DNA of 61,732 bases, from positions 1 to 61,732 of IMG/VR virus record IMGVR_UViG_3300012943_000035. The stretch is one strand, 5' to 3'. Below are positions 39,959-48,785 of the stretch, in pieces. Under the pieces are notes generated by a model. That model did no database searches and was not told the origin of the DNA. It saw nothing but the letters and a program-made list of their open reading frames with translations. A program made the translations under genes and the position numbers. The stretch's first letter is position 1. Each line of letters starts with the position of its first letter. Source of the DNA: a virus. Its lineage: Duplodnaviria; Caudoviricetes.

Positions 39959-40093
39959 ATGGCTGAAACAAGAAAACTTCTATATCTTCTTGCTCTACTA
40001 GAGATCAGATCAGCCTACATCGAATACAATAAGAACAGAGGAATGGGTTGCAATATGTGTGGCTATTCCCAATGGGGTTGCGACTACTGCTAA
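39959..40093 (+). CDS. KLGI-like motif microprotein with CxxC pairs (44 aa, not in ORF track)
   Basis: KLLYLLALLEIRSA...CNMC...CDYC. Confidence 0.55.
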   Translation: MAETRKLLYLLALLEIRSAYIEYNKNRGMGCNMCGYSQWGCDYC

Positions 40094-40242
40094 TGGTCCA
40101 GTATCATCATACAACCGAAGCTTTGCTTAAACTCCTGGTCCTCTTAGGTATCAAGAGCGCAGCAGAACACATAGATGATCTCGACTTCGAAATTCGTGCT
40201 CAACTAATGCCTGACCCTTCATGTGCTTGCGGTTGTTGTTAG
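40093..40242 (+). CDS. KLGI-motif microprotein (49 aa)
   Basis: TAATG coupling; ALLKLLVLLGIKSA. Confidence 0.65.
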   Translation: MVQYHHTTEALLKLLVLLGIKSAAEHIDDLDFEIRAQLMPDPSCACGCC

Positions 40243-40254
40243 TATAAAACATAC

Positions 40255-41319
40255 ATGAATAATGAGATGCGACTTGCCCGTGTTGACATGGGACCTGGCT
40301 GGATCGACCTAGGATACGGCGAGCCAGTAGTAATTCAAAAGATTCTTCATCAAATTCTCGATAGAGTGCCGATCGCACTTCCAACCGGGAAAGATCTCCT
40401 CAACTCCCAGTATCAGCCACCTAAAGGTATGCAGCGGCTCGTCGACTTCTTAGAGAAGAAGTACGGTGCAAAGGTTGTTGTCACTAATGGTGCTAAGCAA
40501 GGTATTGCGGCTGTCATGTATGCCCTTAAGAAGATGGGTCATAACGCTTGCACCATGCATCGTCCCTACTGGACCTCCACCCCCAACTTAATTCAGACCC
40601 AAGGACTTGACGTAAAGTTCTTAGATGAACCTAACTCTGCAACTGGTGCTCTGCTATTAACCGCACCCAACAATCCTGACGGTATGGACTTCTCTCAAGC
40701 TCAGCTGAAGCAGATGACTGAAGATGCTAAAGCTAACGGCGTGAAGCTCATTCATGACGCGGCCTATTACTCCATGATCTATTCTATGGATGTCCCTGCT
40801 ATCCCTGTTGGCGATGTCCAGATCTATTCGTTTGCTAAGATGTACGGTCTCAGCGGGCTACGTATCGGCTACGTGGTATGTCGCGATGAATCGTTCGTTC
40901 AATACGTGACGGAATTCGTGGAGAAATCGTGTAGCGGTGTCAGCACGGCATCCCAGGAGATGGCATTGACAATAGAGACCCACTTCGCCAATAATCCTAA
41001 GGAATACGAGCTATTCGTAACTCTATGTCGTGGAGCTATCGCTGAGAGTGCCTCAATGATGAATGCTCTTGACCCTGAGGTACTAGAAGTCCAATGGCCT
41101 AAATGCAACAGCATGTTTGGCTGGGCAAAGGTTGGACCTAAGTTTGATGCTAAAGCTGCTAAGGTAAACATGATTGACGGGGATCTCTTTGGGAAACCCG
41201 GGTACGTCCGCTTTAATCTCGCTGTAGATTCCGATCTTATAAAGACAGCAGTAGATAGATTAAACGGGGGTAGTCATGAACAAAGAGCAGGGTCTGGAGT
41301 TCCTGAGCCAGTTAGTTGA
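40255..41319 (+). CDS. PLP-dependent class I/II aminotransferase
   Basis: TNGAKQG, PNNPDG, HDAAY, SFAKMYGLSGLRIG. Confidence 0.9.
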   Translation: MNNEMRLARVDMGPGWIDLGYGEPVVIQKILHQILDRVPIALPTGKDLLNSQYQPPKGMQRLVDFLEKKYGAKVVVTNGAKQGIAAVMYALKKMGHNACTMHRPYWTSTPNLIQTQGLDVKFLDEPNSATGALLLTAPNNPDGMDFSQAQLKQMTEDAKANGVKLIHDAAYYSMIYSMDVPAIPVGDVQIYSFAKMYGLSGLRIGYVVCRDESFVQYVTEFVEKSCSGVSTASQEMALTIETHFANNPKEYELFVTLCRGAIAESASMMNALDPEVLEVQWPKCNSMFGWAKVGPKFDAKAAKVNMIDGDLFGKPGYVRFNLAVDSDLIKTAVDRLNGGSHEQRAGSGVPEPVS

Positions 41320-42275
41320 CAAGATCAAAGCCCAAGACAACCGTTGCACTGCAAAGCCTTATTTCTACGTGGTGCGCACCAAGCGTTGGCGCCTTTGTAA
41401 GGAAGGCTACGGTTCTGGCGATACCCGCACTGGTTGGGTTGATCACTCTGGTGACCCCGATGTCTACTACTCTAAAGAAGAGTTTGTAAAGTCTTATTTG
41501 GAACGTCACGACTATGAACTCTCACCTCCAGAACCTCTTGATCAATTTGAGCTCGCCGATCCACAATGTGTGGGAACGTATAATCTCGAATGCGCTAAAT
41601 ATGCAGAAGAAGTTGAAAAGCTTAAAAATGACGCTGAAGATGCATTCGAAGAACTGGAAGAGTTTGAAGAAGAAGAGTACTACACGGAAGACAACGTCTT
41701 CTTCACGCAAGAAGCGTACGAAGAGCACGTCCGCCTAAACGGTCACAACCTCGGGAAACGCGGGGTAGATTATCATTCATATGTTAAGCATGCATTCCGC
41801 AATCCAGAGATGGAGAAGCTATTTACTGCTATTGCTGCTGTAACAGGTAAGGATTGGAAATGAAGTTCAGAATTAAGACCAAGGATAGTATCTTGTTCAC
41901 TAACAGAGTGTTTGTTCTTGAGGCCTCTTCAAAAGAAGCCGTGATTGAGCAAATTAAGAAGGACTATCCTAATTCGCACATCTTAGCTATATCGGAGGAA
42001 GAGTCGAATGAGCATTCGTGAGACTGTTAAAGATCGTTTAGCGACTGTAGCTCCCGACTGCGGCGATAATTCCTGCAGGTTCGCTGTGAAGCGAGGCGGA
42101 ATGAGAACTAACGGTGGGTGTCGCTGTGTTGAGAACGCAGGTGGTTCCAGATCCATGATCAAGTGGGATCCTTTCCAAAAATTAGCGGCAGCTCAAGCGG
42201 GCATAATCAATGAACTTCTTAACGAGATAGATCGCCTGAATAAAGAGAAGTATGGCGAATGAATGGGAGAGAAAA

Positions 42276-43463
42276 ATGTCATATAAAGCTGTTCTCACTA
42301 AGGGTAGAGTCCCGATCAAGATCTGGAGCGACCTGGCAACAGTGGAAAGCGCGGCCTTGGACCAACTCACGAACACAGCTAATCTGCCCTTCGTGTTTAA
42401 ACATGTGGCAGCTATGCCCGATGTCCATTTGGGCTACGGGGCAACTGTGGGTTCTGTTATCGCGACTAAAGGTGCGATCTGCCCAGCAGCAGTTGGAGTC
42501 GACATTGGCTGTGGAATGATTGCTGTTAAAACCGACCTTGATGCGAAGGTTGTCCAGGATAAGATTTCAGAAATCCGTAAGAGCATTGAGCGCTCTATCC
42601 CTGTAGGTCATGAAGGCAATCGCAGGATCACGACTTCGGTTGAGAACTGGCAAGGTTGGGCTACGTTCAATGCTCTCACTAAGCCAAGCAAAGACCTTCT
42701 ATCTCGTGCTCAGTCCCAACTTGGTTCTCTCGGTGGTGGCAACCATTTCATCGAAGTATGCCTCGATACTGAGCAGAACGTATGGGTTATGCTTCATTCT
42801 GGTAGCCGAAACATCGGAAAGACTCAGGCCGAGAAGCATCTAGATGTATCAAAAGGCTTGATGAAGAAACTCTTCATCAGTCTTCCTGATCCAGATCTAG
42901 CATATCTTGCTGAACAAACTCCTGAGTTCGATGCTTACATGGCAGACCTTAATTGGTGCCAAGATTATGCCTTGCAGAATCGCGAAGAAATGCTTACGCG
43001 AGTTATCAAAGACCTCTCTTATGCCGTTCATGGCGAAGAGGGAAAGATTCAGACGTCGTTGAAGGTGAACTGCCACCATAACTACGCGTCTAGGGAGCAT
43101 CATTATGGGGAAAATGTCATCGTCACTAGGAAAGGGGCTGTCCGCGCCCGTCAAGGCGACCTGGGTATTATTCCTGGTTCTATGGGTACTAGGTCTTACA
43201 TCGTACGTGGTCTTGGAAATCCTGAGTCCTTTCATTCTTGCAGTCACGGAGCAGGTCGAACAATGTCCCGTGGAGAGGCTAAGCGACGGTTCACTGTCGC
43301 CGACCTCGAGCTGCAGACGGCTGGAATCGAATGTCGAAAGGACGAAGGAGTATTAGACGAGATTCCTGGTGCCTATAAAGACATCGATGTCGTTATGGAC
43401 AATCAGAAGGATCTTGTTGAGGTGGTTGCTCAGCTGCGTCAGGTAATGTGTATAAAAGGGTAA
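42276..43463 (+). CDS. rtcB: RNA ligase RtcB
   Basis: MPDVHLG, GVDIGCG, GGGNHF, HSGSR, HHN, PGSMG, SHGAGR. Confidence 0.96.
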   Translation: MSYKAVLTKGRVPIKIWSDLATVESAALDQLTNTANLPFVFKHVAAMPDVHLGYGATVGSVIATKGAICPAAVGVDIGCGMIAVKTDLDAKVVQDKISEIRKSIERSIPVGHEGNRRITTSVENWQGWATFNALTKPSKDLLSRAQSQLGSLGGGNHFIEVCLDTEQNVWVMLHSGSRNIGKTQAEKHLDVSKGLMKKLFISLPDPDLAYLAEQTPEFDAYMADLNWCQDYALQNREEMLTRVIKDLSYAVHGEEGKIQTSLKVNCHHNYASREHHYGENVIVTRKGAVRARQGDLGIIPGSMGTRSYIVRGLGNPESFHSCSHGAGRTMSRGEAKRRFTVADLELQTAGIECRKDEGVLDEIPGAYKDIDVVMDNQKDLVEVVAQLRQVMCIKG

Positions 43464-43668
43464 TGCCAAAGATTAACAAGAAAGTCTTGAAGAAATCACT
43501 TTGGGGATCGCTTTCCAGGGTGATCGGTGTTGGGCTCGGAGCTGGAGCAGGTAGTTTAATTCACCAGCTAGTCGGTGGCGGATTCAGTGGTTGGGGTGCA
43601 GCGCTTGGCATGGCTATCGCTAGCTTCTTTCTAATGTGGTTCGCTGAGTACGAGAGGGAGCTTGACGA

Positions 43669-44121
43669 ATGATCGTATATAAGACTGGAGACGTACTTGA
43701 TTCTGAAGAGCCGTTGGTCGCACACGGATGTAACTGTTCTGGGGGATTTGGTTCTGGATTCGCTAAGGCGGTTGCCACGAGGTACCCACATGTGCGAGAG
43801 GGCTACCTCCATCGTTTTAACACTAGGGGCTGGCAACTTGGCGAAGTACAGCTTATTGCAATTGGAGATGGCTCCGGGCGAATTATCGCAAATTGCGCTA
43901 CGCAACAACGATACGGCAAGCCAACTGACGGCCCGTTTGTCTCTTATCCTGCTATTAGACAAGTTGTCCGTAATCTCTGTCAAAGCTGGCCAAACGGCTT
44001 TGCCATTCCCAAAATAGGTGCAGGTTTAGCTGGCGGTAATTGGGACATCATATCTGAAATTATAAACGAAGAGAGTGGTTCCGTGGAGGTTCGTGTATAT
44101 GTCCTGGACTCTCCAAGATGA
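43669..44121 (+). CDS. Macrodomain (ADP-ribosylhydrolase-like) protein
   Basis: GDVL, HGCNCSGGFGSG, PKIGAGLAGGNW. Confidence 0.9.
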   Translation: MIVYKTGDVLDSEEPLVAHGCNCSGGFGSGFAKAVATRYPHVREGYLHRFNTRGWQLGEVQLIAIGDGSGRIIANCATQQRYGKPTDGPFVSYPAIRQVVRNLCQSWPNGFAIPKIGAGLAGGNWDIISEIINEESGSVEVRVYVLDSPR

Positions 44122-44323
44122 GATCGCTGAGGCCGAGATGCTTCAGCTTAACTTAGGCAAGTGTGACGGACCTTGCGAACGAGATAACGTTCCTAGGGTG
44201 GAATATAAAGAGAATCGCCACGACTCAGATACGCTGTACCAGATGTGTGGATGGTGCGCGGTCGAGAACGACGAGTACTGGAAGGAAATGTGGGCTATGT
44301 ATTATAGCCAGATCTTATGACCG

Positions 44324-44332
44324 TGGTATAAT
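44324..44332 (+). promoter_or_regulatory. Extended -10 promoter (TGGTATAAT) for nadM
   Basis: TGnTATAAT consensus 7 nt upstream of the conserved leader. Confidence 0.65.
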
Positions 44333-44338
44333 GAAATT

Positions 44339-44386
44339 GTAGGCCGACAGAGAGTTGGCTGAAAACAAAAGAAAGAGATTCTTATG
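44339..44386 (+). promoter_or_regulatory. Structured 5' leader, copy 1 (candidate riboswitch/pseudoknot)
   Basis: GTAGGCCGAC-AGAGA-GTTGGCTG-AAAACAAAAG; shared with the nadV leader. Confidence 0.65.
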
Positions 44387-45394
44387 GACTACAACTACTG
44401 TGTATTCATTGGCCGTTTCCAACCGTGCCACACCGCCCACCTCCAAGTAATCAGACAAGGTTTAGAAGAAGCTAAAGAACTAATCATCGTAATTGGTTCA
44501 GCTCGTTCTGCCCGCAACACCAAAAATCCATTCACGTATGACGAGCGAGTAGCTCTTATCTCCGGCTGTCTCACAGCTGAGGAGAAGGCCAAGGTTCACT
44601 TCATTCCTGCTCGTGACTATCATTATAGCGACTCCAACTGGGTTACTGAAGTTCAGCAGAGAGTGAACGCTATCACTCGTGGTGACTCCAACGTCTGCCT
44701 TATCGGAACCTACAAAGACTCCTCAAGCTACTACGTCAAGCTCTTCCCTCAATGGGACTTCATTCCTGCTCGTACCCACGAGATGATGGATGCAACTGAA
44801 GTTCGTCACAATATCTTCACCGGTAAGAAGTTTGATCACCTAGTTCCAAACTGGGTTCATGGTTTTATCTTCGATAACTTCTTAGGTGAATCTCTTCATC
44901 TTGATCTTGCTAAGGAATATGAGTACATTCAAAGCTACAAGAAGTCTTGGGCTGAAGCTCCTTTCCCCGTCACGTTTGTAACCGTCGATGCAGTTGTCAT
45001 TCAGTCTGGTCACGTACTGGTAGTGAAGCGTAAGATGAACCCTGGTAAGGGCTTATATGCACTTCCCGGTGGCTTCTTGAAGCAATCCGAGCGTCTAGAA
45101 GATGGTGCTATCCGTGAGCTCAAGGAAGAGACTGGCATCAAGGTTCATGTTCCAGTTCTCAAGTCTCATGTCGTTGACTCTCGAACTTTCGACTATCCTG
45201 GTCGCTCCCTGAGAGGGAGAACGATCACGACTGCATTCTGTATCAAGCTCCCTGACGGTGAACTCCCAGAAGTCCGAGGAATGGACGATGCTGAAACAGC
45301 TGTCTGGTTACCGCTTATGGATGTCCTCAGCATGGAGGATAAGTTCTTTGAAGACCATGCTCACATCATCCGCTATTTTGTTAACCGATTTTGA
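44384..45394 (+). CDS. nadM: Bifunctional NMN adenylyltransferase / ADP-ribose pyrophosphatase (NadM-Nudix)
   Basis: GRFQPCHTAH, KNPFT, Nudix box GGFLKQSERLEDGAIRELKEETG, RSLRGRTIT, FEDH. Confidence 0.93.
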   Translation: MDYNYCVFIGRFQPCHTAHLQVIRQGLEEAKELIIVIGSARSARNTKNPFTYDERVALISGCLTAEEKAKVHFIPARDYHYSDSNWVTEVQQRVNAITRGDSNVCLIGTYKDSSSYYVKLFPQWDFIPARTHEMMDATEVRHNIFTGKKFDHLVPNWVHGFIFDNFLGESLHLDLAKEYEYIQSYKKSWAEAPFPVTFVTVDAVVIQSGHVLVVKRKMNPGKGLYALPGGFLKQSERLEDGAIRELKEETGIKVHVPVLKSHVVDSRTFDYPGRSLRGRTITTAFCIKLPDGELPEVRGMDDAETAVWLPLMDVLSMEDKFFEDHAHIIRYFVNRF

Positions 45395-45401
45395 GGTAAA
45401 C

Positions 45402-45767
45402 ATGACAAAGAAAGTTAATGAACCAAAACTTGTAGTTCCAAACTGGCGACCATGCGATTATGTAAGTAAGCGTGGTGTTGAATACTGGTGGGCTCCCGAG
45501 TGGGTTCGCAACCTAGGTGGGTCTGCTAGTAAGATTCGTCCTATCAAAGACAAGAAGACTGGCGATGTGAACTTACACATGGAGTCTAAGGATGGTACAA
45601 AGCTTTCTTATATTCAAGGTTCTATCCAGCGTGAGTTCAAGCAATGGCATGAAGATCGCAAGATTGATTATCTTATCCTAGGGGAAAACGAAGACGAAAT
45701 TCTAAATGTGGATCGTAATGAAGCCACTGCTGAAAAACGAGGTTCCAATGTTGAAAGTGGGGATTGA
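45402..45767 (+). CDS. Hypothetical protein (paralog of 19160)
   Basis: GAGG RBS; shared motifs with 19160. Confidence 0.65.
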   Translation: MTKKVNEPKLVVPNWRPCDYVSKRGVEYWWAPEWVRNLGGSASKIRPIKDKKTGDVNLHMESKDGTKLSYIQGSIQREFKQWHEDRKIDYLILGENEDEILNVDRNEATAEKRGSNVESGD

Positions 45768-46152
45768 TATTCATGGAGTGGCCACAGATGCTACAGGGTT
45801 CTTTCAAGAACTCACCAAGACCCTTGTCGAGGCAGGACATGAGGTGCATATTATCACTGGTCCACCTGCTGAGCTTGCTAGGCGTGAGGTCGAAGCACTC
45901 GGACTTTCGTACACTCATCTATTCTCGATTGTGGACCATCACATCGCCGCAGGAACGCCTATCACTGTTGACTCTAGAGGCCACGTTTTCTGCGAAGACT
46001 ACCTCTGGGACAGAACGAAAGCCGACTACTGCTTGAAGAACGGCATTCAGCTTCACCTAGATGATTCAGATGCGTATAACTACTTCTTCAAGACCCCTTA
46101 CGCAAGATTTTATTCCAAGACGAAGAGGACCCACTATGTCAAAGCGGATTGA
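45748..46152 (+). CDS. HAD-superfamily-like protein
   Basis: IDIHGV, IITG, K, LDDS. Confidence 0.65.
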   Translation: MLKVGIDIHGVATDATGFFQELTKTLVEAGHEVHIITGPPAELARREVEALGLSYTHLFSIVDHHIAAGTPITVDSRGHVFCEDYLWDRTKADYCLKNGIQLHLDDSDAYNYFFKTPYARFYSKTKRTHYVKAD

Positions 46153-46392
46153 AGCAAAACTTGGCGTCCTTGGATATGAAGCATTTAAGCCACAGAAACC
46201 GGGCAAAGTTATCTCAGTAAGACCATCTAATCGCTTTCCAGATGAAAGCTATGTAACCTTAAAGTTCTTAGATGGTAGCACTAAAGAAATTAACGCAAGT
46301 CATGTAAACGATTACGAAGAGCTCATTGAAGAGCATCGTAGGAAGTATGAGAAATTTAATCTTGTTGCGCAAGAGCTCAGCAAGATTTAACC

Positions 46393-46437
46393 GTAGGTAG
46401 GCAGAGAGCTTACTGAAAACAAAAGGAGTCTCTAATG
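46393..46437 (+). promoter_or_regulatory. Structured 5' leader, copy 2 (candidate riboswitch/pseudoknot)
   Basis: GTAGGTAGGC-AGAGA-GCTTACTG-AAAACAAAAG-GAG-TCTCT-A-ATG. Confidence 0.65.
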
Positions 46438-47814
46438 AGAGATAATCTGTTACTAGATACCGATAGCTATAAACTTTCCCACTGGGTCCAGTACCCACCT
46501 AACACCACGAGCATGTACTCGTATCTAGAGAGTCGTGGAGGCAAATATGGAAACACCGTTATGTTCGGCCTGCAACCAATCCTTAAAAGATTGGAGCAAG
46601 GCTTCACTCTTCTTGATGTTGAAGAAGCTAGGGATTTCGCCAAGCTACATGGAGAGCCTTTCAATTATGAGGGATGGGTGGCCTGTTTTCATGCGCACGG
46701 AGGAAAGTTTCCAGTCAGAATTAAGGCTGTGGCGGAAGGTACTGTTGTGCCGGTGTCAAACGTCCTTATGTCGGTCGAGTCAACTGACCCTAAATTTTTC
46801 TGGGTTGTCTCATATCTTGAGACGGTCTTGATGCGTATGTGGTATCCGATCACGGTTGCTACCCAGAGTTGGACTATCAAGCAGATCATTCGCGGATTCC
46901 TTGAACGTACCGCTGAAGACCCAGATGCAGAGATCGGCTTCAAGCTGCACGATTTCGGGTCACGCGGTGTCAGTAGTTACGAGAGTGCTTGCATCGGTGG
47001 AGCTGCCCACTTGACCCAGTTCATGGGTTCGGACACGATGGCAGGTATCCGCTTCGCCAACTATCATTATAAGAGTGAGATGGCTGGCTTCTCTATCCCA
47101 GCTGCTGAGCACAGCACGATCACTATGTGGGGCAAAGAACGTGAAGAAGATGCCTATAGGAACATGGTTGAACAGTATGGAAAGCAAGGTAAGCTCTTCG
47201 CGGTCGTTTCTGACTCCTACGACCTCTACAATGCCTGCTCAAACATCTGGGGCAAGAAGCTTAAGGATCAGGTCTTGGGCTGTGGTGGAACTCTGATTGT
47301 TCGCCCAGACTCCGGCGATCCTACGACCGTCGTGCTTAAGACTCTCCAAGCGCTTGACGCTTCGTTTGGGTCTAGCTACAATAAGAAAGGGTTCAAGGTG
47401 CTAAATGGCGTCAGAGTCATCCAAGGAGACGGAATTAACGAGGACTCAATCAGAAGCATTCTTGAGACTGCTATTGCTGCTGGATTCTCTGCAAGTAATA
47501 TCGCTTTCGGAATGGGTGGAGCACTCCTTCAGCAGGTTAACAGAGACACGCAGAAGTTCGCTTTCAAATGTAGTGAAGCAACTGTTGACGGGCACTCAGT
47601 TGAGGTCTTCAAAGATCCGGTTACAGATTCAGGTAAGCGTTCTAAGAAAGGAAAGCTGGACCTTGTCATGCGCCTTGAAAAGGGTAAGCCTACAATTAGC
47701 ACTGTTAAAGGAGAGAGCTTCGGTTCTCTACTCCGTCCTGTCTTCGAGAACGGTAAGATCTTACGAGAATACACCTTGGAAGAAGTTCGTAGGAACTGTC
47801 AGGAGACTACGTGA
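46435..47814 (+). CDS. nadV: Nicotinamide phosphoribosyltransferase
   Basis: TDSYKLSH, LHDFGSRG, PAAEHS, VSDSYD, RPDSGDP, IQGDG, FGMGGALLQ. Confidence 0.95.
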   Translation: MRDNLLLDTDSYKLSHWVQYPPNTTSMYSYLESRGGKYGNTVMFGLQPILKRLEQGFTLLDVEEARDFAKLHGEPFNYEGWVACFHAHGGKFPVRIKAVAEGTVVPVSNVLMSVESTDPKFFWVVSYLETVLMRMWYPITVATQSWTIKQIIRGFLERTAEDPDAEIGFKLHDFGSRGVSSYESACIGGAAHLTQFMGSDTMAGIRFANYHYKSEMAGFSIPAAEHSTITMWGKEREEDAYRNMVEQYGKQGKLFAVVSDSYDLYNACSNIWGKKLKDQVLGCGGTLIVRPDSGDPTTVVLKTLQALDASFGSSYNKKGFKVLNGVRVIQGDGINEDSIRSILETAIAAGFSASNIAFGMGGALLQQVNRDTQKFAFKCSEATVDGHSVEVFKDPVTDSGKRSKKGKLDLVMRLEKGKPTISTVKGESFGSLLRPVFENGKILREYTLEEVRRNCQETT

Positions 47815-48093
47815 TTCACGAGAGTGGTATTCCTAAAAGACTGTGGGTTTACAATAAGGAAACTGGTTCTTTGCTTAAGAAGACTCTTGAGTTCAAGGAA
47901 GCTACCCATGAGACTTGGTACCAAGACTTCGGTGGTCACAACACCTATGATCCCTACTACATTGACGAGGATAAGGATGCCCTCGTTGATAGGGTTCATA
48001 AAGGTCTAGCTACTGAACTCCAAGAAACACTACATCACTCTGAAAAACTTCTGAACTTTATCCGTAAACTGACTCGGAAAGTATAATCAAAAG

Positions 48094-48306
48094 GTGATAA
48101 AACCCGGTAAATACAGACATTATAGAGGTGGAATGTACATCGTACTCTTCACCGCTCAGGATTCTGAAACGAATAAACCCGTAGTGGTCTATATGAACGA
48201 GACCCATGGGACTTACTATGTTCGTCCTCTGAAGGAGTTCACTTCTAATGTTATGGAAGACTCCGAAGACGGCGGCGTGCCTAGGTTTAAGTTGGTGGAC
48301 AAATGA
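48094..48306 (+). CDS. DUF1653-like protein
   Basis: GKYRHYRGG.Y.V...DSET..VVY...VRPL..F...PRF. Confidence 0.8.
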   Translation: MIKPGKYRHYRGGMYIVLFTAQDSETNKPVVVYMNETHGTYYVRPLKEFTSNVMEDSEDGGVPRFKLVDK

Positions 48307-48785
48307 ATCTGCGCAAGATAGCTTTTGGTGATAGAGATATTCAAAAGAAGCACCACATCCATGTTAACTCTACTGTCTCTTATTGGAGAGACGAGTTTGA
48401 TGGAGATGGAAACCAAGTAGTTCTTGCATACGGAAAACAAAAGAAAGAGCGAAACAGAGGCGTTTGCAAGCGCGAAGACATGGTATCGATTGGCTATCGG
48501 GTTAATGCCTTAAGAGGTGAAATTGGCCATGGCTAAATCCTATAGACCTAGTAGAGGAAATTGGGATCGCAGAGATGGTTTAAGAATTAATAGGCTGAAC
48601 GATAACCGAATGGTCAGTAGGTATACTCACTCTATATCTCTGTGGGATGCCGACAATATAGTACAAGATAATGAAGACGGCAACGGATACCACCATATAA
48701 GCATTGCAAAAGAATTGCGCAGATGTAACTCCGGCAAGTGCAGAAAAGTTAACGGGTATAACGGCAAACTGAACGGGAGAATGTA

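Noticed and set aside
7532-40242. KLGI motif as a DNA repeat or mobile element
   Set aside because: Synonymous positions vary freely; no terminal repeats or target duplications; conservation is at the peptide level.
44339-46437. Calling the leaders a known NAD+-II or preQ1-I riboswitch
   Set aside because: Only the A-rich tail and overall topology resemble them; the loop pairs with TCTCT rather than the SD. Class cannot be assigned without an Rfam search.
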